Shown: one piece after another, positions 7,335 to 14,972 of the stretch
Position numbering within the stretch: the first letter of the stretch is position 1
How the letters are laid out: each line of letters opens with the position of its first letter
Assembly (NCBI GenBank): GCA_902778535.1
Contig: CACYYG010000003.1
Coordinates: 13,345 to 77,344 of the forward strand
From: an uncultured Prevotellaceae bacterium
GTDB lineage: Bacteria; Bacteroidota; Bacteroidia; Bacteroidales; Bacteroidaceae
Direction of reading: 5' to 3'
DNA length: 64,000 nt
Made by a program: the position numbers and the translations under genes
The notes under the pieces: generated by a model
What the model was told of the DNA's origin: nothing
What the model saw: only the letters and a program-made list of their open reading frames with translations
The model's database searches: none

Positions 7335-9802
7335 TTTTCCTTTACGAAAGGAACCAAGAAATCGTTGATATACAAGAAGAAAGAAATTGATCTGTCGGGA
7401 TTTTTAACAGCCAGCATTGGATTACAGGTATTTATGGACTCATCTGCGGCCTTTTTGGCTATAAGTTCCATTGATGCAGGTGTATATGTACCAGCTTTTT
7501 CTGTCGAATATGTATAGTCGCCTATATAGTCAATAATACCCTTTGAAGTTCTGAAAGCATCCTCTAATAGAGGCTTTGCGTTAATAGCATCTATCATGTG
7601 CGTAACCATAATAAGTTGGCCATCCCTGCTATAGCTTCCAAGTAAATATCCTATTGGCCCGTCAGTAATGTCATCCATATCTTCTCCGTCAAATATTGTT
7701 TCTGAACTAATAGCCATTCGAATGCCATAACCATCGAGTTTATAAGTTTCTAAACGATCAGCAACCACGCCTCTATTATCATGTGACCATATTGTGCTAT
7801 GTAGGTGCTCTCCTTGTCCTATTTTAATATTTAATTCACGTACAAAGAGATTTACAAGCGAAGCTATGTCACTATTTGTAGCGAGGAAAGTTGGTGAATA
7901 GCAGCCGCTCCCTTCAAGATAGAAGTTCTTGGTATCTTGTTCTATACGTGATAAGTACGCTTTACGTAACTCAAAAGGATTACCGTCTTTTGAAGAAATA
8001 CATAATAGATTTGATGAATGGTTTGTAATACATAAACTGACGATATCCGTTTCGGGAACGGCATAGCTAATGAAATGAAGCATTTCGTTACTTCCTGTGC
8101 AATCAATTATCAAATCGTAATCCTTTATCTGTTTTATGCTATCCTCTTGGTTACAGTAATTGATATTTCCATAGAAGGAGCCGCCTTCATAAGTGTAGTC
8201 ATTGACATTGTCATGTTGATGCCAGTAACCATTATCTTTGATTTCCTTTGTTTTTATAAATGGGTTTATTGAGAGTAGTCTTTTTTTAAGAGCATCAACC
8301 TTACTTGTCCCCAAATCAGATAGTAGATATATGCTTCTGCAAATATTCCCAGGTTCTACAATGTCACTATCCCATAGTCCCATAATAGTAACTCCACTTC
8401 TTGCTAATGATTCGGCAATCATGGAACCCAATGCCCCAAGACCAACTAGTGCAATTCTCTTGTTTTGGAGTTGTTGCGAAAATAATCCTCTGCCAAAGAA
8501 CAAATTGTTATCAATAATCTGTGGGAGTTGAAGCTGCAATGGGAAAGATATAGGTTTTCTCAGGTTTATGTCCCTCAAATTCAGATTAAAAGACATTTCA
8601 TCGTATTGACCTGCTTGTCTGTTTGTATAGCATAAAAGCCAAGTGGTTTTTTCTGAATCTCTTATGCCCAATGCAAAACAGTGGTATTCATAAGGGTAAA
8701 CATATATGGCATAGTCCTCCTCAGCTTGTCTTGCATATTCTTCTTCCAACTCTTCTTCTGTCATTTCGTCAAGGTCTTTGGCTGGTCCGGAAAGTGAAGC
8801 GAAAGGTCTATAACCGTTATATTTCTTTATTTCTTCTTCAAGTCTAACAAGACATTCGTTTAGCAGTGTCTTTTGTTGAGGCAACACCTTTGTTTGGACA
8901 TAATCAGGATTTTTATTTATACGTGCTGGGAGGTATGACTCTTCTTTTGCCAGTTCTTCCTTTATCCCAGTTAAGATAATGTTAGCTTCTTCAAAAGAAT
9001 AGTTGTTAAAACTGATTCTATAAGAGCCACCTTCAGCCCATGACTTGCTTAGATTAAAACCATGTAATAAATGCTCACACGTTTTCTCATCCCAGTCATA
9101 CTGATTCTTAAGGAGTATAAAATCTCTATAAGTATCAATATTCTTGGGGGCTTCATCAACTATTATATATGGTAACTCATAATTTGCCAATTCTTTGTTT
9201 TGGAGAGCATAAAAACGTTTATCTGGTGTCTTGATGCAATGGATAGTACCCATTTTTTCTTTAAAATAATCCATGTCATTGGAGAAATCTCCAACAAAAG
9301 TCAAAATAGCATCACCATGATATTCACTTAACTCATCACTGTTCTCCCAACTATAAGCACTCTCGAAAGCTAGTGCATTTCTTACGTTTTCGTCTTCGAT
9401 AACAGCTTCTAAGTCTGGCCGCATTTGACGACCTATCCATTCTTTAAGACGGAGAACTTCTATCTCTAATTGGTTCTCGGCGGTTTCAGCAAAGGGTGTA
9501 TTCAAGCAAAACCATCCACCATATTTCTCAGCCTTTGGATCCTTTCTCGGATTGTAAATCAAATGAGGATACCCAAACAGTGATTTAGTTCGAAACATCA
9601 ACTTCTGATGTGGAAAGGACATTGGGATTTCCACTCTCAGTTCAAGTGGGTGAATTGTATTGAGAACTTCAATACGACCCACATAACATTTTTTTTCTTC
9701 CTTGTCTTCTGATTCCTTGAATTCCTCAATGACACTAAAGCCTGGATGATTCTGGAAGAATGAAGTGTAGAAAGAAGCGTCTTTATACTCGAACATAGCC
9801 AT
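7331..9802 (-). CDS. E2-like + ThiF/E1 + degenerate JAB fusion (823 aa), Cap2-like conjugating enzyme
   Basis: N-terminal E2-like YPHL...WFCLN (C99); ThiF motifs VGLGALGS and DSDIVEPGNICRS; E1 catalytic-type GSGCYSPTF (C634); C-terminal GYLLG...YIGDYTYST...NPMLAV is JAB/MPN-like but lacks HxH. Confidence 0.85.
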   Translation of the reverse strand: MAMFEYKDASFYTSFFQNHPGFSVIEEFKESEDKEEKKCYVGRIEVLNTIHPLELRVEIPMSFPHQKLMFRTKSLFGYPHLIYNPRKDPKAEKYGGWFCLNTPFAETAENQLEIEVLRLKEWIGRQMRPDLEAVIEDENVRNALAFESAYSWENSDELSEYHGDAILTFVGDFSNDMDYFKEKMGTIHCIKTPDKRFYALQNKELANYELPYIIVDEAPKNIDTYRDFILLKNQYDWDEKTCEHLLHGFNLSKSWAEGGSYRISFNNYSFEEANIILTGIKEELAKEESYLPARINKNPDYVQTKVLPQQKTLLNECLVRLEEEIKKYNGYRPFASLSGPAKDLDEMTEEELEEEYARQAEEDYAIYVYPYEYHCFALGIRDSEKTTWLLCYTNRQAGQYDEMSFNLNLRDINLRKPISFPLQLQLPQIIDNNLFFGRGLFSQQLQNKRIALVGLGALGSMIAESLARSGVTIMGLWDSDIVEPGNICRSIYLLSDLGTSKVDALKKRLLSINPFIKTKEIKDNGYWHQHDNVNDYTYEGGSFYGNINYCNQEDSIKQIKDYDLIIDCTGSNEMLHFISYAVPETDIVSLCITNHSSNLLCISSKDGNPFELRKAYLSRIEQDTKNFYLEGSGCYSPTFLATNSDIASLVNLFVRELNIKIGQGEHLHSTIWSHDNRGVVADRLETYKLDGYGIRMAISSETIFDGEDMDDITDGPIGYLLGSYSRDGQLIMVTHMIDAINAKPLLEDAFRTSKGIIDYIGDYTYSTEKAGTYTPASMELIAKKAADESINTCNPMLAVKNPDRSISFFLYINDFLVPFVKEN

Positions 9803-9808
9803 CTCTAT

Positions 9809-9946
9809 TTATGCGTGACCTCTTGGAGAAGGTGTTGAGGTCGGTGGATTCTGTGTTGATACTCTCGCCTCAGGTTCTTTACGAGTAGTTCTGAGGACAG
9901 TCCGATTTGACGGGCCAATACCATTGTATGAAGGATTGTTATTCAT
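9809..9946 (-). CDS. Unannotated 45-aa low-complexity peptide MNNNPSYNGIGPSNRTVLRTTRKEPEARVSTQNPPTSTPSPRGHA, candidate E1 substrate/modifier
   Basis: ATG 9946 to TAA 9809; the stop is 6 nt before the E2-E1 ATG; a -7 box lies just upstream. Below the ORF-track size cut-off. Confidence 0.7.
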   Translation of the reverse strand: MNNNPSYNGIGPSNRTVLRTTRKEPEARVSTQNPPTSTPSPRGHA

Positions 9947-9976
9947 AAGTAATATTCATTTGATTATATGATTTTG

Positions 9977-9984
9977 CAAAAGTA
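9977..9984 (-). promoter_or_regulatory. -7 box (TACTTTTG) of the peptide/E2-E1-JAB operon
   Basis: Perfect TAnnTTTG on the minus strand ~30 bp upstream of ATG 9946. Confidence 0.65.
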
Positions 9985-10192
9985 CAAAAAAAGAGGGAAT
10001 TACTTGTCAATTAAGATATAAAAAAGAATAAAATGGCGTTTTGAGTATGTAATTATGGCAAAATGAATATTTTTTTCCAGATACGTATTAAACTAACATG
10101 TCAGTAAACAGTTGTTACATGTTAGAAGGGGGAAAAGAGTCAGTCTGTGTGTAAGCTTCTTTTGACAGTTTTTTTATTCATTATTTCAAACC

Positions 10193-10297
10193 AAACTCTT
10201 GATTTAAGCCGTTTACGACTTCCTCGGTCGTAAAAGTGTTAAATCAAGAGTTTGTGCCTCTGAAATTCTTTTCCCCATCATAATTGCCTTTACTTTG
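10193..10297 (+). promoter_or_regulatory. tra operon promoter: nested inverted repeat (10193-10253) containing the motif TCGTAAAAGTGTTAAATCA (10228-10246), plus -7 box TTACTTTG (10290-10297)
   Basis: 15-bp perfect outer arms AAACTCTTGATTTAA/TTAAATCAAGAGTTT and 8-bp inner arms TTTACGAC/GTCGTAAA; the same motif recurs at 28125 and 52886. Confidence 0.7.
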
Positions 10298-10324
10298 CAC
10301 CACGAAAATTCAAAGAAACGTATT

Positions 10325-10843
10325 ATGAGTATATTTGGCATTTATGCATTGATTTGTACTTTCCTGCTGCTGGTCTACTATATGGTTCTCATCTGGTTTG
10401 ACCTTCACGGCAGCAAGGGAAGCAAGAAAGAAGAGGCAGAGACCATCTTCACCGATGACATGGTCGATACCGAGGCATCCACCACTGTTGAGGAACTGGC
10501 CGGTGGCGGCTATCGTCTTGGCTATTCCGATGACGGAGAGCTTCAGGATGAAGAGGCGCAGGATGAAGAGGCGCAGGATGAAGAGGTGACTGTCATACCC
10601 GATGATCAGCTGGAGCCAGCCCCTGGTGATTCTTCTGATGTCTCTTCAGGTGACAACGGTGAGGGAAATGACGCTTCTGAGGACGGTCCTTCGTATGACC
10701 AGGCCATGAAGGTACATAACGAGTCGATGAACGAGGTCACCCACAGCCACCAGATGCGTTGTGAGGGTGCTGAGATGATGGCCATGATGACGGCTCCCAT
10801 CCAGCAGAAGAATCGGTTGCAGAGAACACGAACCACCTGTTAA
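10325..10843 (+). CDS. Single-TM, acidic protein at the head of the tra operon (TraD-like position)
   Basis: N-terminal hydrophobic segment followed by an Asp/Glu-rich tail; first gene after the promoter. ATG 10325 preferred over the track's TTG 10295. Confidence 0.6.
   Translation: MSIFGIYALICTFLLLVYYMVLIWFDLHGSKGSKKEEAETIFTDDMVDTEASTTVEELAGGGYRLGYSDDGELQDEEAQDEEAQDEEVTVIPDDQLEPAPGDSSDVSSGDNGEGNDASEDGPSYDQAMKVHNESMNEVTHSHQMRCEGAEMMAMMTAPIQQKNRLQRTRTTC
10544..10588 (+). repeat. 15-bp tandem repeat x3 (CAGGATGAAGAGGCG), encoding QDEEA x3
   Basis: Directly visible; the third copy ends GTG. Confidence 0.9.
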
Positions 10844-10844
10844 A

Positions 10845-11192
10845 GTGAAAGCTATGAGACGTGTCAAGACAAGAATACTGCTAGCCCTGCTGTCTGTCCT
10901 CCCGCTGGCACAGCCGTCCTATGCCCGTGGTGGTGGCGTCGACTACAGCCAGTCGGCTCAGGCTCTTCATGAGATGAATGTATATATTCTTCTCATTATG
11001 GGCTATGTCACTGAGATCTGCTTTGCCATTGCTGCTCTGCTCTCGACCTACAGTGCCTTGGTGCTGTATCAGAAGGTCTCTTCCGGTGAACAGGGCTTCA
11101 CGAAGGGAGTCCTTGTCCTCATCGGTGGTATTCTCTTCATGATTGCCTCCACGTATGTCATGCCCGCCTTCTTTGGAATCAGGAACATGTGA
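10845..11192 (+). CDS. traE: DUF4134/TraE-like pilin (VirB2-like), copy 1
   Basis: Signal peptide plus two hydrophobic helices ending MPAFFG; upstream of TraF/TraG. Confidence 0.7.
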   Translation: MKAMRRVKTRILLALLSVLPLAQPSYARGGGVDYSQSAQALHEMNVYILLIMGYVTEICFAIAALLSTYSALVLYQKVSSGEQGFTKGVLVLIGGILFMIASTYVMPAFFGIRNM

Positions 11193-11241
11193 TTTTTCAT
11201 TTCGATATGCTTTAGGTTAAATTTTAAAAAAGTAAAACAAC

Positions 11242-11631
11242 ATGAAGAAGTTCGTTAAGAACGTTGCCTCCAACCTCGGAGGCTGTCTGCTCCGTAAGGG
11301 AAAGCAGATTGTGAGAAGTTCCCGTGCCCTCGTCACGGTAGTCATGGCCCTCGTTGCCGGAACGGTGTTCGCCCAGAGCGGTGATGTCAGTGCCGGTGCC
11401 AGTGCCCTTCAGGGTGTCACTAGTGACATTGCGGCTTACCTGCCCTATGTCCAGGCCCTCATCTACATCATCGCTGCCGTGCTGACCGCCCCCAACGCCA
11501 TCGGCGTGTTCCACGAGTGGCAGAACGGTGACCAGGAGGCCAAGAAGCACACTATCGCCCTCGTCGGCGGTGCCATCTTCCTCGTCGTGGCCGTGCAGAG
11601 CCTGCCTCTGTTCTTCGGTGCCGGTGACTAA
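11242..11631 (+). CDS. traE: DUF4134/TraE-like pilin (VirB2-like), copy 2
   Basis: GDVSAGASAL...YLPYV...NGDQEAKK...SLPLFFG family pattern. Confidence 0.8.
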   Translation: MKKFVKNVASNLGGCLLRKGKQIVRSSRALVTVVMALVAGTVFAQSGDVSAGASALQGVTSDIAAYLPYVQALIYIIAAVLTAPNAIGVFHEWQNGDQEAKKHTIALVGGAIFLVVAVQSLPLFFGAGD

Positions 11632-11649
11632 TCCTAATCATCACTGAGC

Positions 11650-11940
11650 ATGGAGAGCAATGAACATCCCGGCTATGTCACCTCCAAGGGGCTTCAGCGC
11701 CCCCTGGAGGTCTTCGGGCTGCGCGGAAGGTACATCTATTGGGCCGTCGGCACAGTCGTGGCTACCTTCCTGCTGTTCGTTGTCGGGTTCATCTTCTCAG
11801 GGTTCACCGTCGGTCTCATCATGAGTACAGCCGTGCTGGGTGCCGGCGGTGGACTTACCTTTATCAAGCAGAGCAAGGGGCTGTACAGTAAAAAAGACGA
11901 CAATGGAGTCTTCATTTTCGCCCGCAGCATCGGCGAGTAA
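11650..11940 (+). CDS. traF: DUF4133/TraF (VirB3-like)
   Basis: KGLQRPLEVFGLRGRYIYW motif, two TM segments, directly upstream of the VirB4 gene. Confidence 0.85.
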   Translation: MESNEHPGYVTSKGLQRPLEVFGLRGRYIYWAVGTVVATFLLFVVGFIFSGFTVGLIMSTAVLGAGGGLTFIKQSKGLYSKKDDNGVFIFARSIGE

Positions 11941-11951
11941 TAAGATATGTT

Positions 11952-14894
11952 ATGATATCATTGATTTGCATATTGGTTTTCGTTTCCGTTCTCATCGGCA
12001 TGGGTATCTCCGTCAAGGCCTTCGGCACTGGCGGCAAGCGTGCCCGTATCTTCCAGGACATCTATTTCAGCATCGAGGATGTTGATGGTATCGGCATCAT
12101 CTATACCAAGACGGGAGAGTATTCCGCCATCATTAAGATGGATAATCCCGTCCTGAAGTTCTCCGCTGACGAGGACAGCTACTATGGCTTCGTGAACCTG
12201 ATGACCTCCGTTGTCACCACGCTTGGCGAGGGCTATGCCCTGCACAAGCAAGACATCTTCGTCCACAAGACTTTCGAGCGTCCCGCCGACGAACCTGTGG
12301 ACAACGGCAAGCGTTTCCTCTCCGAGTCCTATTTCCGTTTCTTCAAGGGCCGTCCCTATACGGCCAGCAGCACCTATCTTGTCATCACCCAGGAGAGCAA
12401 GAAGGGAGGTCTCTTCACTTTTGAGAGCAAGAAATGGGGTGACTTCCAGATGAAGATCCAGAAAGTCTATTCGCTGCTTTCCGACAGCGGCATCACCTGT
12501 TCCTTCCTCAGTATGAAGGAAGCCCGTGAGTATGCCGACCGTTTCTTCGCCGTCAACTTCAACGACAAGGTCTTTTCCATGACCGACTTCAAGGTTGACA
12601 GCGAAGGAATCCGCATGGGCAACAGGCAGTGCAAGGTCTTCAGCCTGATAGACCTCGACAGCGTAGGACTCCCCAATGTCCTCCGTCCCTATACCGAGCT
12701 TCATGTCGATAACGCCACCATGCCCGCCGATCTCATGGGCGACATCGACCATGTGCCTGATGTGGACACCCTTGTCTACAACCAGGTTCTGTTCATCCCC
12801 AACCAGAAGAAGGAGCAGAACAACCTGGAGAAGAAGCAGAACAAGCACCGTGCCATGGCCAACCCCGCCAACATGATTGCCGCCAAGGACATCGAGGAGG
12901 CCCAGGAGGTCATGGCCCGTGAGAACCGCCAGCTTGTCTATTCCCATTTCAACATGCTTGTCAGCATCGGTGCCGACAAGGACATGGACAAGGTCACCAA
13001 CCATCTGGAGAATATCTTCTCCAAACAAAATATCCGTATCAGCCGCCGGGCGTACAACCAGCTGGAGCTTTTCGTGGCCAGCTTCCCCGGTAACTGTTTT
13101 TCTTTGTCGCCCAAGTACGACCGTTTCCTCACGTTCTGTGAGGCCGCCATCTGCCTGATGTACAAGGAGCGTCAGACGCAGGGTGACATCACCCCGCTGC
13201 GCTGCTACTATACCGACCGTCAGGGCGTGCCCATGGCCGTTGACATCACCGGCAAGGAGGGCAAGAAGAAATACACCAATAACAGTAATTTCTTCGTGCT
13301 GGGTCCGAGCGGCAGCGGAAAAAGTTTCTTTATGAATACCGTTGTCCGCCAGTATTACGAGCAGGACACCGATGTCGTCATCGTCGATACCGGCGACAGC
13401 TATGAGGGTATCTGCGGCTATTTCGGCGGTGTCTATATCAGCTACAGCAAGGAACGTCCCATCTCCATGAACCCCTTCAAGGTCACGGAGGAGGAGTACA
13501 CCCAGAACTTCGGAGAGAAAAAGAACTTCCTCAAGAGCCTTATCTTCCTCATCTTCAAGGGCACCGAGAAGCCCACGAAGATTGAAGAGACCATCATCAA
13601 CCAGACCATCGTCGAGTACTACCGTGAGTATTTCACGCCTTTCAGGGGCTACAGCGACACCGAGCGTCAAGAGCTTGCTGACCGTCTCGTTCTCCAGTAC
13701 AAGAAGGACGGCACTTTCGACACCTTTGAGAAGGACTTCGAGAAAGCCTATATGGAGAAGCATGGTGTCAGTCTCACCGAGGAGGAACAGGAGCGTCAGG
13801 ACAGGCTGATGAACAAGGAGCGTAAGCTTGACAACCTTATCAATGACGATGCCGCTACTGAGGGAGAAAAGCACTCCGCCAGGGTGCGTCGTGAGGAGGT
13901 GCACCATGAGCTGATGAAGCTCACCGAGCTTACCGCCAGCAGTTTCGATGACAAGATCAGCCGTGATATCATCAAGATGGAGATGCAGCGCAGCAAGCTC
14001 CGTGTTTCCGAGCTGAGTTTCAATACTTACTATGAGTTTGCCGTGGAGCGCATCCCCCAGATACTGAAGGAGCAGCATGTGGACTTCGCCATCCATGACT
14101 TCGCCACCATCCTGCAGCCGTTCTACAAGGGTGGTGAGCTGGAGTACACGCTGAACAACGATATGGACAGCACCCTTTTCGATGAAAAGTTCATTGTCTT
14201 CGAGATTGACAAGGTGAAGGACGACCCCATCCTTTTCCCCATCATCGTGCTCATCATCATGGATGTGTTCACCCAGAAGATGCGCATCAAGAAAGGCCGC
14301 AAGTGCCTGGTCATCGAAGAGGCGTGGAAGGCCATTGCCACCCCCGTCATGGCAGAGTACATCAAGTACCTCTATAAGACCGCCCGCAAGCATTGGGCGA
14401 TGGTCGGTGTGGTGACGCAGGAGATCCAGGACATCACCAGCAGTGAGATTGTCAAGGAGGCCATCATCAACAACTCCGACGTCTTTATGCTTTTGGACCA
14501 AAGCAAGTTCAAGGACAAGTTCGATGACATCAAGGCCACGCTGGCCTTGACGGACATCGACTGTAAGAAGATCTTTACGATTAACCGTCTTGACAACAAG
14601 GAGGGTCGCAGTCCCTTCAAGGAGGTCTTCATCAAGCGCGGCACAGAGGGAGATGTCTTCGGTGTCGAGGAGCCGAGGGAGTGCTATATCAGCTATACCA
14701 CGGAGAAGGCCGAGAAGGAAGCCCTGAAAGTCTATGTCCGCCATTACGGTGGTGACTACCAGAAGGCCATCGTTGCCTTCATCCATGATTGGGAACGCAG
14801 CGGCATCGGCAAGTCTCTGGAGTTCGCCCGCAAGGTGTTGAAGGAAGGCGTTCTCAACCTCCCCGCAAGGAGTGTGAGGATGATACAAGCATAG
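11952..14894 (+). CDS. traG: TraG / VirB4-family T4SS ATPase
   Basis: Walker A GPSGSGKS, VIVDTGDSY, Walker B LVIEEAW, TARKH...VTQ. Confidence 0.95.
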   Translation: MISLICILVFVSVLIGMGISVKAFGTGGKRARIFQDIYFSIEDVDGIGIIYTKTGEYSAIIKMDNPVLKFSADEDSYYGFVNLMTSVVTTLGEGYALHKQDIFVHKTFERPADEPVDNGKRFLSESYFRFFKGRPYTASSTYLVITQESKKGGLFTFESKKWGDFQMKIQKVYSLLSDSGITCSFLSMKEAREYADRFFAVNFNDKVFSMTDFKVDSEGIRMGNRQCKVFSLIDLDSVGLPNVLRPYTELHVDNATMPADLMGDIDHVPDVDTLVYNQVLFIPNQKKEQNNLEKKQNKHRAMANPANMIAAKDIEEAQEVMARENRQLVYSHFNMLVSIGADKDMDKVTNHLENIFSKQNIRISRRAYNQLELFVASFPGNCFSLSPKYDRFLTFCEAAICLMYKERQTQGDITPLRCYYTDRQGVPMAVDITGKEGKKKYTNNSNFFVLGPSGSGKSFFMNTVVRQYYEQDTDVVIVDTGDSYEGICGYFGGVYISYSKERPISMNPFKVTEEEYTQNFGEKKNFLKSLIFLIFKGTEKPTKIEETIINQTIVEYYREYFTPFRGYSDTERQELADRLVLQYKKDGTFDTFEKDFEKAYMEKHGVSLTEEEQERQDRLMNKERKLDNLINDDAATEGEKHSARVRREEVHHELMKLTELTASSFDDKISRDIIKMEMQRSKLRVSELSFNTYYEFAVERIPQILKEQHVDFAIHDFATILQPFYKGGELEYTLNNDMDSTLFDEKFIVFEIDKVKDDPILFPIIVLIIMDVFTQKMRIKKGRKCLVIEEAWKAIATPVMAEYIKYLYKTARKHWAMVGVVTQEIQDITSSEIVKEAIINNSDVFMLLDQSKFKDKFDDIKATLALTDIDCKKIFTINRLDNKEGRSPFKEVFIKRGTEGDVFGVEEPRECYISYTTEKAEKEALKVYVRHYGGDYQKAIVAFIHDWERSGIGKSLEFARKVLKEGVLNLPARSVRMIQA

Positions 14895-14972
14895 CACCTT
14901 CAGGAGGTTGGAATTACAAACAGTTATATAAATATTAAATTATTTGTTTCAATAATAAAATAAACGAAAGAT

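Noticed and set aside
7331-9802. Calling this locus CBASS (cap2/cap3)
   Set aside because: No CD-NTase or CBASS effector adjacent. The only NTase motif in the window is a minimal domain inside the giant protein ~32 kb away.
10193-10253. Inverted repeats here and at 52858-52904 as IS/MITE ends or oriT
   Set aside because: No transposase or target duplication; no relaxase nearby and no nic motif I can identify. The constant 62-bp spacing to -7 boxes fits an operator better, though oriT cannot be fully excluded.
10544-10588. CRISPR array
   Set aside because: Contiguous 15-bp in-frame repeats without spacers; no cas genes and no repeat-spacer array seen anywhere in the window.
13600-14050. Charged helical insertion inside TraG
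   Set aside because: Insertions at this position seem usual for long Bacteroidetes VirB4 proteins; no intein or HINT motifs seen.
11958-14897. 979-aa minus-strand ORF, and similar long antisense ORFs (e.g. 31475-33664, 45188-46699, 43883-45160)
   Set aside because: They mirror real genes codon-for-codon. Strong sense-strand codon bias suppresses antisense stops, and the translations have no recognisable motifs.
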